Below are positions 1 to 12,899 of a stretch of DNA of 64,000 nucleotides, in pieces (position 1 is the stretch's first letter; each line of letters begins with the position of its first letter). This DNA is from Dipteris shenzhenensis (lineage: Eukaryota). The DNA is taken from NCBI GenBank assembly GCA_047967505.1, contig CM106538.1. One strand, 5' to 3'. A program made the translations under genes and the position numbers. Below the pieces are notes generated by a model that worked only from the letters and a program-made list of their open reading frames with translations, had not been told where the DNA came from and ran no database searches.

Positions 1-238
1 GCCCATGTGGTCATACTCAGGGAACTGCTGCCACTGCAACCACTTTTGCCATTTCTGGTTCATCTACCACTACTTCCACAGTGCCTGCTGCAGACCTTCC
101 AACATGCATGGGCACATGCAGTGTTTGCCATGAATAGCAAGATGAAGGTTATACCTCACATTCGGTCTTGCAAGATAGCCAAGGATGCATGGGATACTTT
201 GGTCAGTCTTGCAATGAGGCCCAGGTTGCCTATTTACA
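1..238 (+). mobile_element. Ty1/Copia gag fragment (UBN2-type), cut by the following hAT element
   Basis: Translation VIPHIRSCKIAKDAWDTL resembles the Copia gag motif; similarity stops abruptly at 239 where hAT-like subterminal repeats begin. Confidence 0.55.
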
Positions 239-3200
239 CATGGTTGTAAGACACGTTAAGACACGACACGTTAGACACGTTTTAGACACGAGTGTCTAAA
301 GTGTCTTAAAGATAAGACACGTAAGACATAATATTAAATATTAAATATTAAAAATATAAGTATGTATTAGTATACAAGTGTAGGCTTAGTGTACAACTTG
401 GTAGCATGACTAGGTACTAGTTTTAACATATTAGAGGTACATTGTATAATGTAGTTAAGAGTGAAGACTTGTTACTTGTCACTTAAGACTTAAAAGTTAA
501 ATGCCAAGACTCCGGACTTGGGACTTCTTGCAAGTTAAAACTCAAGACTCGAGACTTAAAAGTTAAAACTTAAAAGTAAAGACTCAAGATTCATGGGCTT
601 GCAAGTCATGACTCACAACTTTAAGGTTTAAAGTGCAAACCAACAATCTCATATTCAAAATTCCAAATTACAACTTAACAAGAGCCTAGAGGGTTACATA
701 AATGATAGTCAATCATCATAGATCAATAAAGTTTAAACATATGTCATAAATAACTGGGCCATTGCCAACAATCTAGTAGTCACATGTGACATGAATGAAA
801 TCTGAATCCTCATACATATAACTGAAAAGAAACTTTCGAATCTCAAGAGTCAAGTCTCTCAGGACTCATCCTAGTCTGAATTTGCTAGGTCACCGCCACT
901 GCTGGATCCAAAGTCACCATCAGTGATAGTGTTACCCTCACTATCATACTGTGGCTCCTCAGGCACCTCCTCCTCCTCCTCCTCCTCCACCTCCCCCTCC
1001 TCCTCGTCCAAGGCAGACCGTATAGGTGTATTTGACGAGGTATTGGCCACAGCTAGGACTCTCCCATGGCCACGTCGGATGGCACAACCATGACCTCGTG
1101 CTCCTCTTCCACCACTCGTGCCTCTGCCTCTGCCTCTGCCTCTGCCGTTGCCCTTACTTGTGTCTCTCCGTGCTGGAATAGCAATGGCTGATCTACGACG
1201 TAAACGAGTGACTCATCTATCTATGGTCTCTAGCTCTCTATGTAGCTGTGCATATATCTCCTCCTCGTCAGCTTCAACTCTAGCATAAGTAGGCAACTTG
1301 GTTATGTCAATGCTTGTAGGATCCGCCTGCAACAACATTTAGAAGCGTATGTTCAATGTTCATTGTTGTGATTTGAATTTCCTATATATATTTAGAATCG
1401 AAATCATAGATGATAGAACATGTTACAATAGACTCAAGCTACCAATCTTACCTGCATTGGACCTACCAAATTTTTAAGCTTTCTTATAAGCCTTAAGTTT
1501 GCACGGCAGTCGCTCGAGTTGCCTTGTGCTTAACTTGTTCCTTATTTTGGTATGGATCATAGAATAGGAGCTCCAATTCCTCTCGCATGCTCTTGCTGCA
1601 CATTCCTTTTGGTTTTGAATCCCGATTGGCATTTACAAATCAAGATTCAAGGAGTGAGAATCATCTACATTTACAGTTTACTAAACTAGGATTAGCAAAT
1701 GCCAAAGATACATGTATGGTGTCTCAGCTCTCACCTGAGATAAAATCCGGAGAGCCAACTTATGCACTCGAGGAGTGGAGTAGCCATATGTCTCCCACCA
1801 CTCAATTGGCTTTACACAAATCTCCTTCCTTCTAGACGTGGGTCTAGAGAAGGAAATGCCCACACTATTCCTATACTGAGAAAGCGCTCCAAGTCGAGCT
1901 CCAATTGCTCATCCTGTGAAAAAAGCCTCCTTGTGTAGGCATCTCTATCCGCAAGTAACTCCGGCTTATTGAATAAATCAACTGGGATGCAAAAGTGTTG
2001 CAAGCCCATGGATGGGCATACGCATGAACCGCCATCTCGTATCCACTAGAGACCTTATTTCTTTCAATCTGCATATCAACATAATTTGTAAATTGTAATA
2101 AACACGGATAATGGATTTATGATACGTGATGATTCATTATTTATTAATATAATGGACATATTCATAGACCAACCTTACCTCTCAGGTGTGAGGGAGTTAC
2201 ATGTACACAACGAAACATGCAACTGCTCCATGAAATGATGGACCAAGCCAAGAGTACTTCCCTCCATATCAGTCACCCGCAAGACAACGAATAAAGGATG
2301 GAGAGCTTTCACTATGGACTCCATGTCAGTCCAAAGTGAGTGATCCAAGCACATCCTCTGTACTGTCATGCTCTTTGAGCTGGTAGAGTCAGGCCACTCT
2401 AACCACATCTGAGACACCACTTTCTGTTGAAGAGCTGCATGCACTGCAAGAAGGTGCTCCAAAACAATGTGCATGTATGCAAAGTGTCTTCGATGGCCGG
2501 ACAACTTCCAAGTTGCTATACTCGGCCAAGGCCTTGGGCTTTTTCTTAAAGAAGGCTGCAATGGTACTAGCAGTCTGCATCACACTAGCAATCCAAGGGA
2601 GCCGACCGATGTCCTCCATGAGACAATGTGAAGCACAAGGAGTCCATACAATGGTAGGAAGCTTTGCCTCCACAAGCTCTCCCATCCTCACACAATTGCT
2701 TGCATTGTCTGTAACAACTTGGATCACATTCTCTTGCCCTATCTCGATGATAGCTGCTTAGATATGCTGAAAAATGACTTCACCTGTAATGCTAGCACCT
2801 CCTCTACGTGCATCAACATCTTTCAAAAAATAGGTACCAAGGCATGAGGATACCAATATATTAATGATGCCCCTCCTCCTAACATCACTCCATTCATCAG
2901 ACAGAATGCTGCAACCAAATTTCTTCCATACCTCCTTGATAGGATCAAGAGCTTTGTTAATTCTGCCTATCTCCTCCTCCAGCACAGATGTCCTCATCGC
3001 ACCATATGTCACACCTGTCCATGTATCTGTAGCTCCCACAACTGCCACTGCCTTGATCATCCTCTTCCACTGTGGTGTTTGTAGGAGATTGAAAGCAAAA
3101 TTGCATTCAATCATAGTCCTCCCAATTTCAATATCTGCCAAATGCTGCCGCTTTTTTGCCAAGATTGTGTGGACAATGCACCTGATAAAGTCCCTTGCTT

Positions 3201-4250
3201 CTTTTTCGAAGTAGGCATAGCGGTGGATGGTGGTGACGATGTAGCAAAAGCAGTGCCCTCTTTCCTAGCCCTCTTCTCTGCATAAGAGGAACCAATAGCA
3301 CTAGAGTCACTATCCATAGCATCATCAAGGTTGATAGTGTGAGACTCAGGCCCCAACAAATCCTCATCCTGCAAGGCAGTAGGTATGGTACTAGGTCCAC
3401 CACAAAGTTTTGGATGATCTCGAATAACTTTCTACGCAATCTCAAAAGAAACAGTAGGATTTCCACCAATTCCCCTACCACCAAGTCGAGACACATGGAG
3501 AATAAGACGTGTCGTTGAGCTCACAAAAGGCTCACCGCAATAATTGCACTTCCACTCTTTGTTCCTGACCCCGTTGCCACTGCGGGGTTAATCATAGTGG
3601 TATGGATCTCCCAAAGTGGATTTGGAGGTTTAGGCATGGTAAATCTCTGCTGCTATACTGTAATTCTTTGTTGCTATGCAGTAATTCTCTGCTGCTATGA
3701 CCTGTGACCTGTCATGTTGGCATGCACACGAGCATAATTCAATATATATATTTTGGGAGAAGTAGAACAAGCAAGTAAACTGTAATCTATAGACTAATTG
3801 TGTTGAGAAATGCACATGCCAAGCAAGCTGCAATAGAAGCCTCAAGGCTCAAGCATTAAGCAGTAACAATTCTCATGCATGAGGCATAAGCATTGTAGCA
3901 GACTGGCACCATATCAAGCAATACTAGTATGCTGCTATGCAGCCCCAAGAAGGAGGCTAAATTATTCAGAGCTTTCAGCCTATATTTTGCCCCTTTTAAA
4001 ATTACTGTTATACTAGCAAGCTCGTATCCGAAACAAGCCCAGAAGGGGGCCAACTTTGTTAGAGCTTTCAGCCCATAATTTGCCCCAATTTTTTGGGGAA
4101 AGAGAAAGCGGGGGATGGAGCCTTCAAGGCCTTCAAAAACAGCATAACAGAAAAAGAGGTATGCGCTGCACAACGTGATAAAAGAAGTAAACAATGCACA
4201 ACGTGAACCTGAAGGGGGGCTGAGCTCCAGCGTTGATGATCGTCACCTAA
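239..4250 (-). mobile_element. hAT-superfamily DNA transposon (BED-DUF659-dimerisation type); the far terminus was not located
   Basis: Starts CATGGTTGTAAGACACG followed by clustered AGACACG subterminal repeats (250-330) and encloses a hAT transposase pseudogene. The right boundary is approximate; no matching TIR or 8-bp TSD was found. Confidence 0.7.
871..3637 (-). pseudogene. hAT transposase pseudogene with introns
   Basis: BED finger WKCNYC..F.SSTTRL.LH (~3560-3490). DUF659 motifs GCSILSDEWSD, QVVTDNASNC and WTPCASHCL. Dimerisation domain KPIEWWETYG..LALRILSQ|ECAARACERNWSSYSMIHTKIRNKL. GT-AG introns at about 2178-2071, 1736-1607 and 1451-1327. RG-rich and acidic tail ends at TAG 873-871. 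Contains stops and frameshifts. Confidence 0.9.
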
Positions 4251-4411
4251 ACCAGTAGTAGGATCGAATGTACGGCAAATCCGTACAGGGTACGTCAGGT
4301 TCGTACAGCATATCGCAGATCCGTACGTCATTGTACGGCAGATCCATACAATGTACGACAAATCTGCACCAGCCGACCTGCATTGGCCTGCATACACCAC
4401 TATGCACGAGA

Positions 4412-4580
4412 TGTGGGGGTTAAAGGTCACTGTTCCTTTACCCCGGTTATGTACAATACTCAAACACATATATAAATGAATGAAAAAGAAGATTAGGTGT
4501 TCTGGACCCACTAAAAACTTGTGTGGCTATCTGTTTCTCTCTCTCCCTCTTCCGTTTTGCTTCCGTTGAGAGCACTCTCA
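4412..4580 (+). repeat. 5' LTR (169 bp)
   Basis: TGTGGGGG...CTCTCA; matches 10316-10464 and 60002-60171. Confidence 0.95.
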
Positions 4581-4582
4581 AT

Positions 4583-4594
4583 TGGTATCAGAGC
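4583..4594 (+). promoter_or_regulatory. Primer-binding site (tRNA-iMet type)
   Basis: TGGTATCAGAGC, 2 nt after the LTR. Confidence 0.93.
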
Positions 4595-6009
4595 CTGGGT
4601 GATCTAGCTGAGCGTGCGTGAATGCCTAGAAGCTCAGCAACTCTGTGGGAGGAAGGAGAAGCTCTGTGGGAAGCTTTGTGGGTGACTTTACTTGCATCCG
4701 AGTGCGCAGAGACCTTGAAGGAACCTTTGGAAAAGTCACTTTGGTTTTGTGAAGTGGTTTTGAGAGCCTGTTAAGTGTTTTCAAAGAAAAACTCATTTTT
4801 TTAAGCTTTTCCCTGTTCCGTTCAACGATAGAGACTCCGTATTGACTTTTAGAGGCAACCATTGCCTGCTTTTGGTGTCCATTTCACTTCAAGAGCTTGG
4901 AAACACCTTCATTCTTGAATTTGGGATCATTTCGTTGGATTTCTGACTCACTGTGTCAGTTTCAACGTTTTTTTGCCCGGGTGTTGGAACTCAAGTTTGG
5001 AGCAACCATTTGCAGACTAAGGTCCTAAAACTTCTATGTCGCTCATCATTCATACTCCGGTGGAGTTTACAAACAGATCAGTTTTCAGAAACGTTTTTCA
5101 GTCCGTGTGTTGGACCCAGTGATTGGGACCACGGTTTTTAAAACCGTCTGTCCCATTGCATTCCAGACGCCTAAAAAACCCTACTTGTCATTTCTTACGC
5201 GATTCGGTGGAGTATTTTCAGAGTTATAGATCTCTGTGTATTTGATTTCGTCTCTCTGTTATGCATTTTTCATTCTAAGGTTTATCACATGGCAGTGGAT
5301 AAGTGTTGATTCCCATTTCTCACTCATCGATTGGGATTTCGGAGTTCCAACAGAAGATAGACATTTGCAGATTGTCTTGCTGAGTCCGATTATGCAATGG
5401 TGCCCATGTTTTGAGGCATCTCAGGTTCTATTTTTAGTAGCGGTCATTGTCGTGGGACCATGATTTCTTGAGCATACCTTATGCAGATCACTCTGGTTGC
5501 AGTTTGAGCCATGTGCGCTCATTCATGGTGTGCATTGGGTTGCAGTGGATGATTTATAGGCCATTTGGATGCATTGCGATCCTTATTGGATGCGCTGATA
5601 GGCCCAGATTGCCTTGTGGGATGCTATTTTTTATGGACGCTTTGCACATGGATACTATTTTGTGCTGAGGGACAGCTTTGACACATTGCAGTTGATGCAC
5701 TGATAGTGATATGTTCTCTTGGATGAGATATTGTAGATGCATATGTCCATGGATGGTGTTTATGCTTGAGCCATTTGGCACTTATTGGCATTTTGGATTG
5801 CCATTGCAGTTGGCATTTTCTTTTGGGCCAGATTTGCTCATATGGATGTATAGTACATGCACATGAGTGAGTTGTATCTTTTGATGCTTTGAGCTTTGAG
5901 TTTTGGTGATATTTCACTCTATTGTGGCATACACATTTGGGTGCACCTGGTATTTGGTGTGATTCTCTCTTGCAGGCACTAGCATTTGGGATTTTGCTTT
6001 ATTTGCATC

Positions 6010-9000
6010 ATGGCATTTTCTTCCATGTCTGAAAAGGAGTTTTTCAGCATTAAAAAGTTTGATGGGACAAACTTTTTTTTGTGGAAAGAACAGATAAGGG
6101 ATGTGCTTATTCAAAAGAAGTAGATAAAACCCTTGCAAGGGATTGCAGCTAAGCCTGCAGCTATGTCCACAGATGAATGGAATGAGTTGGATGCATTGGC
6201 AAAGTCTACCATTAGACTTCATCTTGGGGAGACAGTTTATTTCACAATAGTCACTTAAAAGACTACGGAAGCTTTATAGAAAAAGCTGTGTGCTATATAT
6301 GAGAAAGAGACTGCCTCAAACAAAGTCTATCTCATGAAGAGATTGTGTGAGCTGCACATGAAGAAGGGAGTATCAATAGCTTTGCACTTGAATGAGTTTA
6401 ATATCATTTTCAGTCAGCTTCAAGCTCAAAAGCTGAATTTCGATGCGGAAATGAGAGCAATATTTCTCTTTTCTCATTACCATCCTCATGGGATACTGCT
6501 ATCAGTAACTTTGCACCTGGTGGAGTATTGAACTTTAATGATGTGGTTGGTAGCTTGTTGGCCGAGGAGATTAGATGGAAGCCAATGGAAGGCAATAAGC
6601 AGGATGCAGTCTTAAATGTGCAAAGGGACAGATCACAGTCCAGGGGAAAGTTTCAAGAAAGAGAGAAGTTCCGTAGTAAGTCCAGGGCACGGAACATTGA
6701 GTGTCACTATTCTGGTAAGAAGGACCACATGAAAAAGGATTGCTACAAGCTTAAAAGAGAGCAAAAGGATAAGAAAAAGAATGCAAATTGGGATGCAAAT
6801 CAGAAGGAAGAGAGTCCAAGGGAGGACAAAGGAAAAGTGAAGATCGAGGAGATCAATGCAGTCACACATAATAGTGACAATGACATTCTCTTCATGTGTA
6901 GTTTATCTGCAGAGTTGCTTACCACTTTAGATGATGCATATTTCCAGGATTGGATTTTCGATTCTAGTGCTTCATTCCATGTTACTATCTATAGGGAATG
7001 GTTCTTTACTTATGACAATGGAAAGACAGGTTGTGTGCATCTTGGAAATGACTATGCATGTGACATAGTGAGAGTAGGTGACATAAAGTTTTCTTTTGCA
7101 AATGGGTTTGCATTTATTTTGAAAAATGTGAGACATGTGCCTAAGTTGACCAAGAGTCTCATTTCAACGGGCTAGCTAGATGATGCAGGTTTTCAGACCA
7201 TCTTTGGTTCTGGAAGTTGGAAAATTCAAAAGGGCTCTATGCTTTTGACCAGGGGTGCCAAGTGTGGGACTTTGTATCCCTTACATGTATCAGGGGTGTT
7301 TGATCATGTTGTAATAACTGAGCAGCCAAGTACTTCTTTATGGCATTGCCGGTTGGGCCATATGAGCCAAAATGGGATAAAACTCTTATGCCGTTTGGGT
7401 TATGTACCGCATTTGAGTTTCTCTGATTTTGAATTTTGTGAGCACTGTCTCTATGGGAAGCAGACTAAATCAGCCCATAAAAGAGGGGGAAAGAAAGAGT
7501 TTGAAAAGCTTGATTTGGTGCATTTAGACGTATGTGGTCCTATGCCTATACGGTCATTAGGCGGAGCTGAATACTATGTGACATTCATTGATGATGCAAC
7601 TAGGAAAGTGTGGGCTTATGCTATAGCTCGGAAGAGTGATGTGTTCTACGTATTTCAGAAATGGCTGGCCTTGGTTGAGAATCAGTCAAGTAGAACGCTT
7701 AAATGCCTACGGACTGACAATGGTGGAGAGTATCTCTCTCATGACTTTTAGCATTTCTGTGATACACGTGGGATTAAGAGGGAGCTCACATCCCCTCGTA
7801 CTCCAGAGTAAAATCCAGTTGCAGAAAAGATGAACCGTATCATTCAAGAAAGGTTGCAATGCATGCTTTCCAATGCAAGTCTTTCTAGTGGTTTTTGGGC
7901 TGAGGCAATGAAGACTGCAGTGCATGTGATCAATAGATCACCTAGTTAGAGTTTGGATGGTGGTATTCCTGAAGATGCAGGGAGTGGCAAGAAGCTCTTT
8001 TACTCTCATTTGCGTATATTTGGGTGGGAGGCATATGCACATGTGCCAAAAGAGCTTCGAAAGAAGCTAGATTCTAAGTCTAGGAAATGCATCTTTCTGG
8101 GTTATGGTGAAAGTGGAGAGATGGGCTATCGTCTCTAGGATCCAGAAGCAAAGAAATCATACGCAGCCATGATGTAGCCTTCAATGAGAAGAGGATGCAT
8201 AAGGCATCCATGAGGGATGTGGAAATGAGGAGAATAACTTTCCAGGACGTGAATCCACCTGCATATGTTGATATACAGCAAGTTGTCCATGCACCAAATG
8301 TGCAAGAAATGGTATCACCAAGTACTCCCACAGGTATACAATCAAGGGTAGATGATGGATCATCTATTGGTGGAAATGATGAGTCAAATGTGGCTGATAT
8401 GCAGGTGGGACAACAAGCTGAAATGCCCTTGAGAAGATCATCTAGAGTGTCTAGACCGCCTGATAGGTTTGTTTCAGGGGTAGACTTTGTGATGCTTATT
8501 GATTGCGGGGAGCCTTCTTGCTACAGAGAGGCTATGATGCGCGAGGATCAACGCAAGTGGGAGTATGCTATGCAATCAGAGATGAGTTCACTTATGAAGA
8601 ATAAGACTTGGGACTTGGTTTCTTTGCCACATGGAAAGAAAGCATTGCCATGTAAATGGGTCTACAAGATGAAGGTCACAGGTGATGATGTGCCTAGGTA
8701 CAAGGCCCATTTGGTCGCTAAAGGGTTCAAGCAAGAGAAGGGTGTGTACTTTGATGAGATATTCTCTCCTGTTGTGAAGATGACCACACTTAGATGCATG
8801 CTTGGCCTAGTGGCAGCAGAGGATATGGAGCTTATGCAGATGGATGTCAAGACAACTTTCTTGCATGGGGATCTGCATGAGGAAATTTACATGGTGCAAC
8901 CGGAAGGCTTTGAAGAAAAGGGCAAAGAGCATTTAGTTTGCATGCTGAAGAAGAGTCTCTATGGTCTTAAGCAAGCGCCTAAAGAATGGTATCATAAGTT

Positions 9001-10262
9001 TGATGCTTTCATTCGGTCCCAGGGTTTTAGAAGGAGTGAAATTGATCACTGCCTCTACACTAAAAGGGCTAAGGATAATAGCCTGATACTCCTGGCACTA
9101 TATGTGGATGATATGCTATTGGCTAATAAGAATACTTATGAGCTAGATGCATTAAAGGCCAAGTTGCATAAGGTCTTTGATATGAAGGATTTGGGACTTG
9201 CATGTCATATTCTTGGTATGCGCATCACGCGTGATCGGAGTAGGAAACTCCTTTGGCTTACACTAAAAGAGCTAAGGATAATAGCCTGATACTCCTGGCA
9301 CTATATGTGGATGATATGCTATTGGCTAGCAAGAATACTTATAAGCTAGATGCATTAAAGGCCAAGTTACATAAGGTCTTTGATATGAAGGATTTGGGAC
9401 TTGCAGGTCATATTCTTGGTATGCGCATCACGCGTGATCGGAGTAGGAAACTCCTTTGGCTTTCACAGAAGGAGTATGCTACAAAAGTATTGTAGCGTTT
9501 CAATATGGAGGGGGGGAAGACAGTGAGTACTCCATTGCCTCCATATGTGAAACTGAGTCATATAGATAGTCCTAAATCAGATGAGGAGAGGGTCATGATG
9601 GCCAAGGTTTCTTATGCATCAGCGGTTGGGAGTCTTATGTATGCTATGATAGCTACTAGACCAGACATTGCATTTGCAGTGGGAGTTGTTAGCCAGTATA
9701 TGGCTAATCCAGGAAAGAGGCATTGAGAGGCAGTTAAGTGCATTATGAGGTACATGAAGGGTACCAAGGAGATGTGCATCTGCTTTGGTAGAGGAGACAT
9801 GCGTGTACTTGGGTACACAGATTCAGACTATGCAGGGCATGTGGATAGTAGGAGATCCACTTCTGGTTATGTGTTCACCTTTGCAGGTGGTGCAGTGTCG
9901 TGGATGTTTCGTGCACAGAAGTGTGTTGCTTTGTCTACCACAGAGACTGAGTATGTTGTAGTCACAGAGGGTTGCAAGAGGCTATATGGCTTGATCGGCT
10001 AGTGGGAGATTGGGGGATTCATACAGGTATACTGACATTGCATAGTGATTCCATGAGTGCTATTCAGCTAGCACGGAATCCGGTCTTTCATGCAAAGACC
10101 AAACACATTGAGGTCAGGTACCATTTCATCAGGGAGGTACTTGAGGACAAGCGCATAGAGCTTGTCAAGGTTCATACAGATGATAACCCTGTAGATATGC
10201 TGACGAAGAGTCTACCTAGTCAACGGTTTGAGTATTGTCGTGTATTGATGGGCATTGGATAG
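6010..10262 (+). pseudogene. Copia gag-pol polyprotein, disrupted
   Basis: Degenerate zinc knuckle CHYSGKKDHMKKDC; protease WIFDSSASFH; GAG-pre-integrase LWHCRLGH; integrase DVCGP / FIDD / RTDNGGE; RT LYVDDML; RNase H YTDSDYAG and TKHIEVRYHFIRE. Many stops and frameshifts. Confidence 0.95.
9056..9461 (+). repeat. 203-bp tandem duplication inside the Copia RT
   Basis: 9056-9258 and 9259-9461 both encode YTKRAKDNSLILLALYVDDML...RSRKLLWL; the duplication shifts the frame. Confidence 0.92.
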
Positions 10263-10315
10263 TATGCTCACTGGTTGTTCTCCCTTAAAAGCACATTGTC
10301 CTTTAAGTGGGAGGT

Positions 10316-10464
10316 TGTGGGGGTTAAAGATCACTGTGCCTTTACCCCGGTATGTACAATACTCAAACACATATATTAGGGTGTTCTGCACCCACCAAAA
10401 ACTTGTGTGGCTCTCTGTTTCTCTCTCTCCCTCTTCTGTTCTGCTTCCGTTGAGAGCACTCTCA
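10316..10464 (+). repeat. 3' LTR (149 bp; ~20-bp deletion relative to the 5' LTR)
   Basis: Aligned by eye to 4412-4580: about 7 substitutions plus indels. Confidence 0.95.
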
Positions 10465-11560
10465 CGAGATGCAACTTCCTAGATGCACCAACGGCCCCAT
10501 CTTTGGGAAACGATAACCGATGCATTTTGCCCAATAGGAAGCCCTTACAGGTAGGTGCATGCATGGGTGGGGAGGTCCACTACCATATCCTTTGAATGCA
10601 TTTTCACTACACTTTTGTCATTTAGATGCTCCAATCTCTAATGCCACAAATGTGAATCTAAAATGACCGATTTAGAGACCAAATTTGCTTCAATAGTTGT
10701 CTGTTTTTCATAGGCATCTAGATGGTACAGCCCACTAGAAAGTGACCCAGTACGTACAATACAATCATCATACCGGTTGTCACATAGCACAACGATAACC
10801 AACCTTATAGCCATTTAGCGAGATGGCTGAGGTAGAAATCAGATTCTTCTTGATATTAGGAAGGGGTCAGCCCACCATTTGGTGGGCTGAAAAAGATGCC
10901 AAATTGGGCCAGCCCAGCCCCCCCAAAAACTTGCCGTCTTGGGCAGATGGTGGGCTGGGCCTATAAAAGAAGGGCCTCCCCTCCCTCATTCCACACAAAA
11001 ATTCCACATGCATTTCTATTCCTCCCTCCTTGGTGCAGCATCCCTCCTCCCTTCCCCATCTTGCTGCAGCCAACCTTCCTGTCAGGCCCTCTTGGTAAAG
11101 CAGCTGTCCTGTCTCTCTTCTGCCAGGCTTCCCTCTCTACAGCAGCCACTTTCTCTCTCTACAGTTTCAGGCTTCTCTCTTCTCTAAAGAAATTTGCCCC
11201 TTTCTTCACCTTTGGAGCAGCAGCAGTACCTATTTCTCTTCCCGTTGTCTCGGAGCAACAGCAGCACTCTCTCTCCATGCCATTACTTCACTCTATGGCT
11301 TTCTCTCTCCTCCCTGCAGCACTTTTTCTGAAGTTTTTCTCGCTCCAGCCCCAAGATCTCATCCACTCAAGCAAGAGGGGCTGCAATTGGCCAAGTTAGC
11401 ATACACCAATGCTATACTTTTTAATCATGTCAAACTTGGATATGTCTACGTCTGTAAGGAAGCTCATACGCTAGGGAATTCGTGTGATGACCACTGCAAC
11501 ATTTATTTTCCCTCTTTGTGGGTTTTCGCTTCTAATGGTTCGTTTGTACTTCTTTCACAG

Positions 11561-11734
11561 GCACTAATTGATGCTACGAGCGATGATTCTTTGGAAGATG
11601 AGGATGGAGTGAGAATGGTGGCTCTGTTTGATCATGAAGAAGTTGGGTCAAACTCAGCGCAAGGTGCTGGGTCTCCTGCCATGTTTGATGCTCTCACACG
11701 AATAACTTTGTCTTTTGCCAGCAATGGCTCTCAG
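11561..11734 (+). CDS. DNPEP: Aspartyl aminopeptidase (peptidase M18), internal exon
   Basis: cacag|GCA...CAG|gtagac, 174 bp, phase 0. Encodes ALIDATS...VALFDHEEVGSNSAQGAGSP, including the M18 EE motif. Confidence 0.95.
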
Positions 11735-12899
11735 GTAGACCCTTTTGAATGCAGTGTTGTCAGAAAGTTTCTTAAAAAGCAACCAAGAAATTTACATTTT
11801 TGCCCTTAGGGCCATTATGCATGTAATCATTTCCCCTTCTCCTTTGGTTAAACATAACTTTTATAAACAAGAATATAATAAGTTTCCAAATGTTTCCTTG
11901 CTACACCTTATTGAGCATTCTGTTTCCAACAGCAGGACTGAAAACTGCCCACCTTTCATGAGCCCAAATTCGAAAAGCATTTTTTGAGGGAGCCATTTGT
12001 GCATTTGTTTGGACATTTCTGCACAGTGTCTATGTGCTCGTATAATAAATTTTTACCACCGAAAAATTTATGTTGTCAAATATCCTGAGGCAAAGCCATT
12101 AATTTTGCAAATCCTTTAGTGTTGGCATACCTTGAGGCAATTTTTACAAATAAAACAGTTTTCTCTTGCCATGTTGTGTGGTTGTGCAAAAAATTTTTCT
12201 CACTAGATTGAATAAGAACCTGCTTTTGTAGTGACACACACCTTGAGGCAAATCTTCATGGATTTTTATAAATCCTAGAGTTATGTGCACTTTGTAATAC
12301 ATTAATTGTAGAAATTTATTCATACACTATTTTCTGGTTTTGCCTTGTATGCTTGTATTCAGGTTTATGCTGCTTATTTTTGTCATTTCAAGAACAATTC
12401 TTCAGCTTGAATCTCTTATTGAGGGTAAAATCCCCTTGAGACTTTGGGAATTGTTCAGAGTTCGATCTCATTTTATTTAATAGAGATAAGATGCCAAGGG
12501 TTATTTTGACGCTTCCAGGTTTCCATCAGAAGACAACCTCAGATGGGTCTAACTATGATGCATGGGACTTTTGAGTTTGCTAGTAGAAACTATTGGTCAC
12601 CTCCAATAGTCAAGGAGTCCGCTTGTAGAAAGCTCATAGACATATTTTCAAAATTGGAAGCATTATGGATGCTGTGTAGGAGGATAAAGGTTTATTGTCC
12701 CAATGAGATCCCCATTATTGAGGAGATCCATGGCATCTGACAGCCAACAGCCTATGTTGTCTTTTGGTAGCTAGAAAAAAAGGAACAGGCCAGCACTGTA
12801 CAGGAACTTGAAAGTCAACATAAGCTAGTAGTTGAGATGTATCATAACCTTGAGAAAGGATAGAGGGCTTCACCAGTCCATGCTATCTGACTGAAAAAA

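Larger units (their letters stand above)
4412..10464 (+). mobile_element. Full-length but decayed Ty1/Copia LTR retrotransposon
   Basis: TG...CA LTRs at 4412-4580 and 10316-10464; 5-bp TSD CGAGA at 4407-4411 and 10465-10469; PBS at 4583; PPT AAGTGGGAGG before 10316; domain order gag-PR-INT-RT-RH. Confidence 0.97.

Noticed and set aside
11524-11543. Intronic sequence translating FASNGS, identical to the end of the next exon
   Set aside because: The codons differ throughout, the flanks do not align, and the stretch overlaps the likely branch point (TCTAAT); treated as coincidence.
12405-12470. LRR-like text (EGKIP / DFGNCSE)
   Set aside because: Very short, needs a frameshift, and has no neighbouring LRRs.
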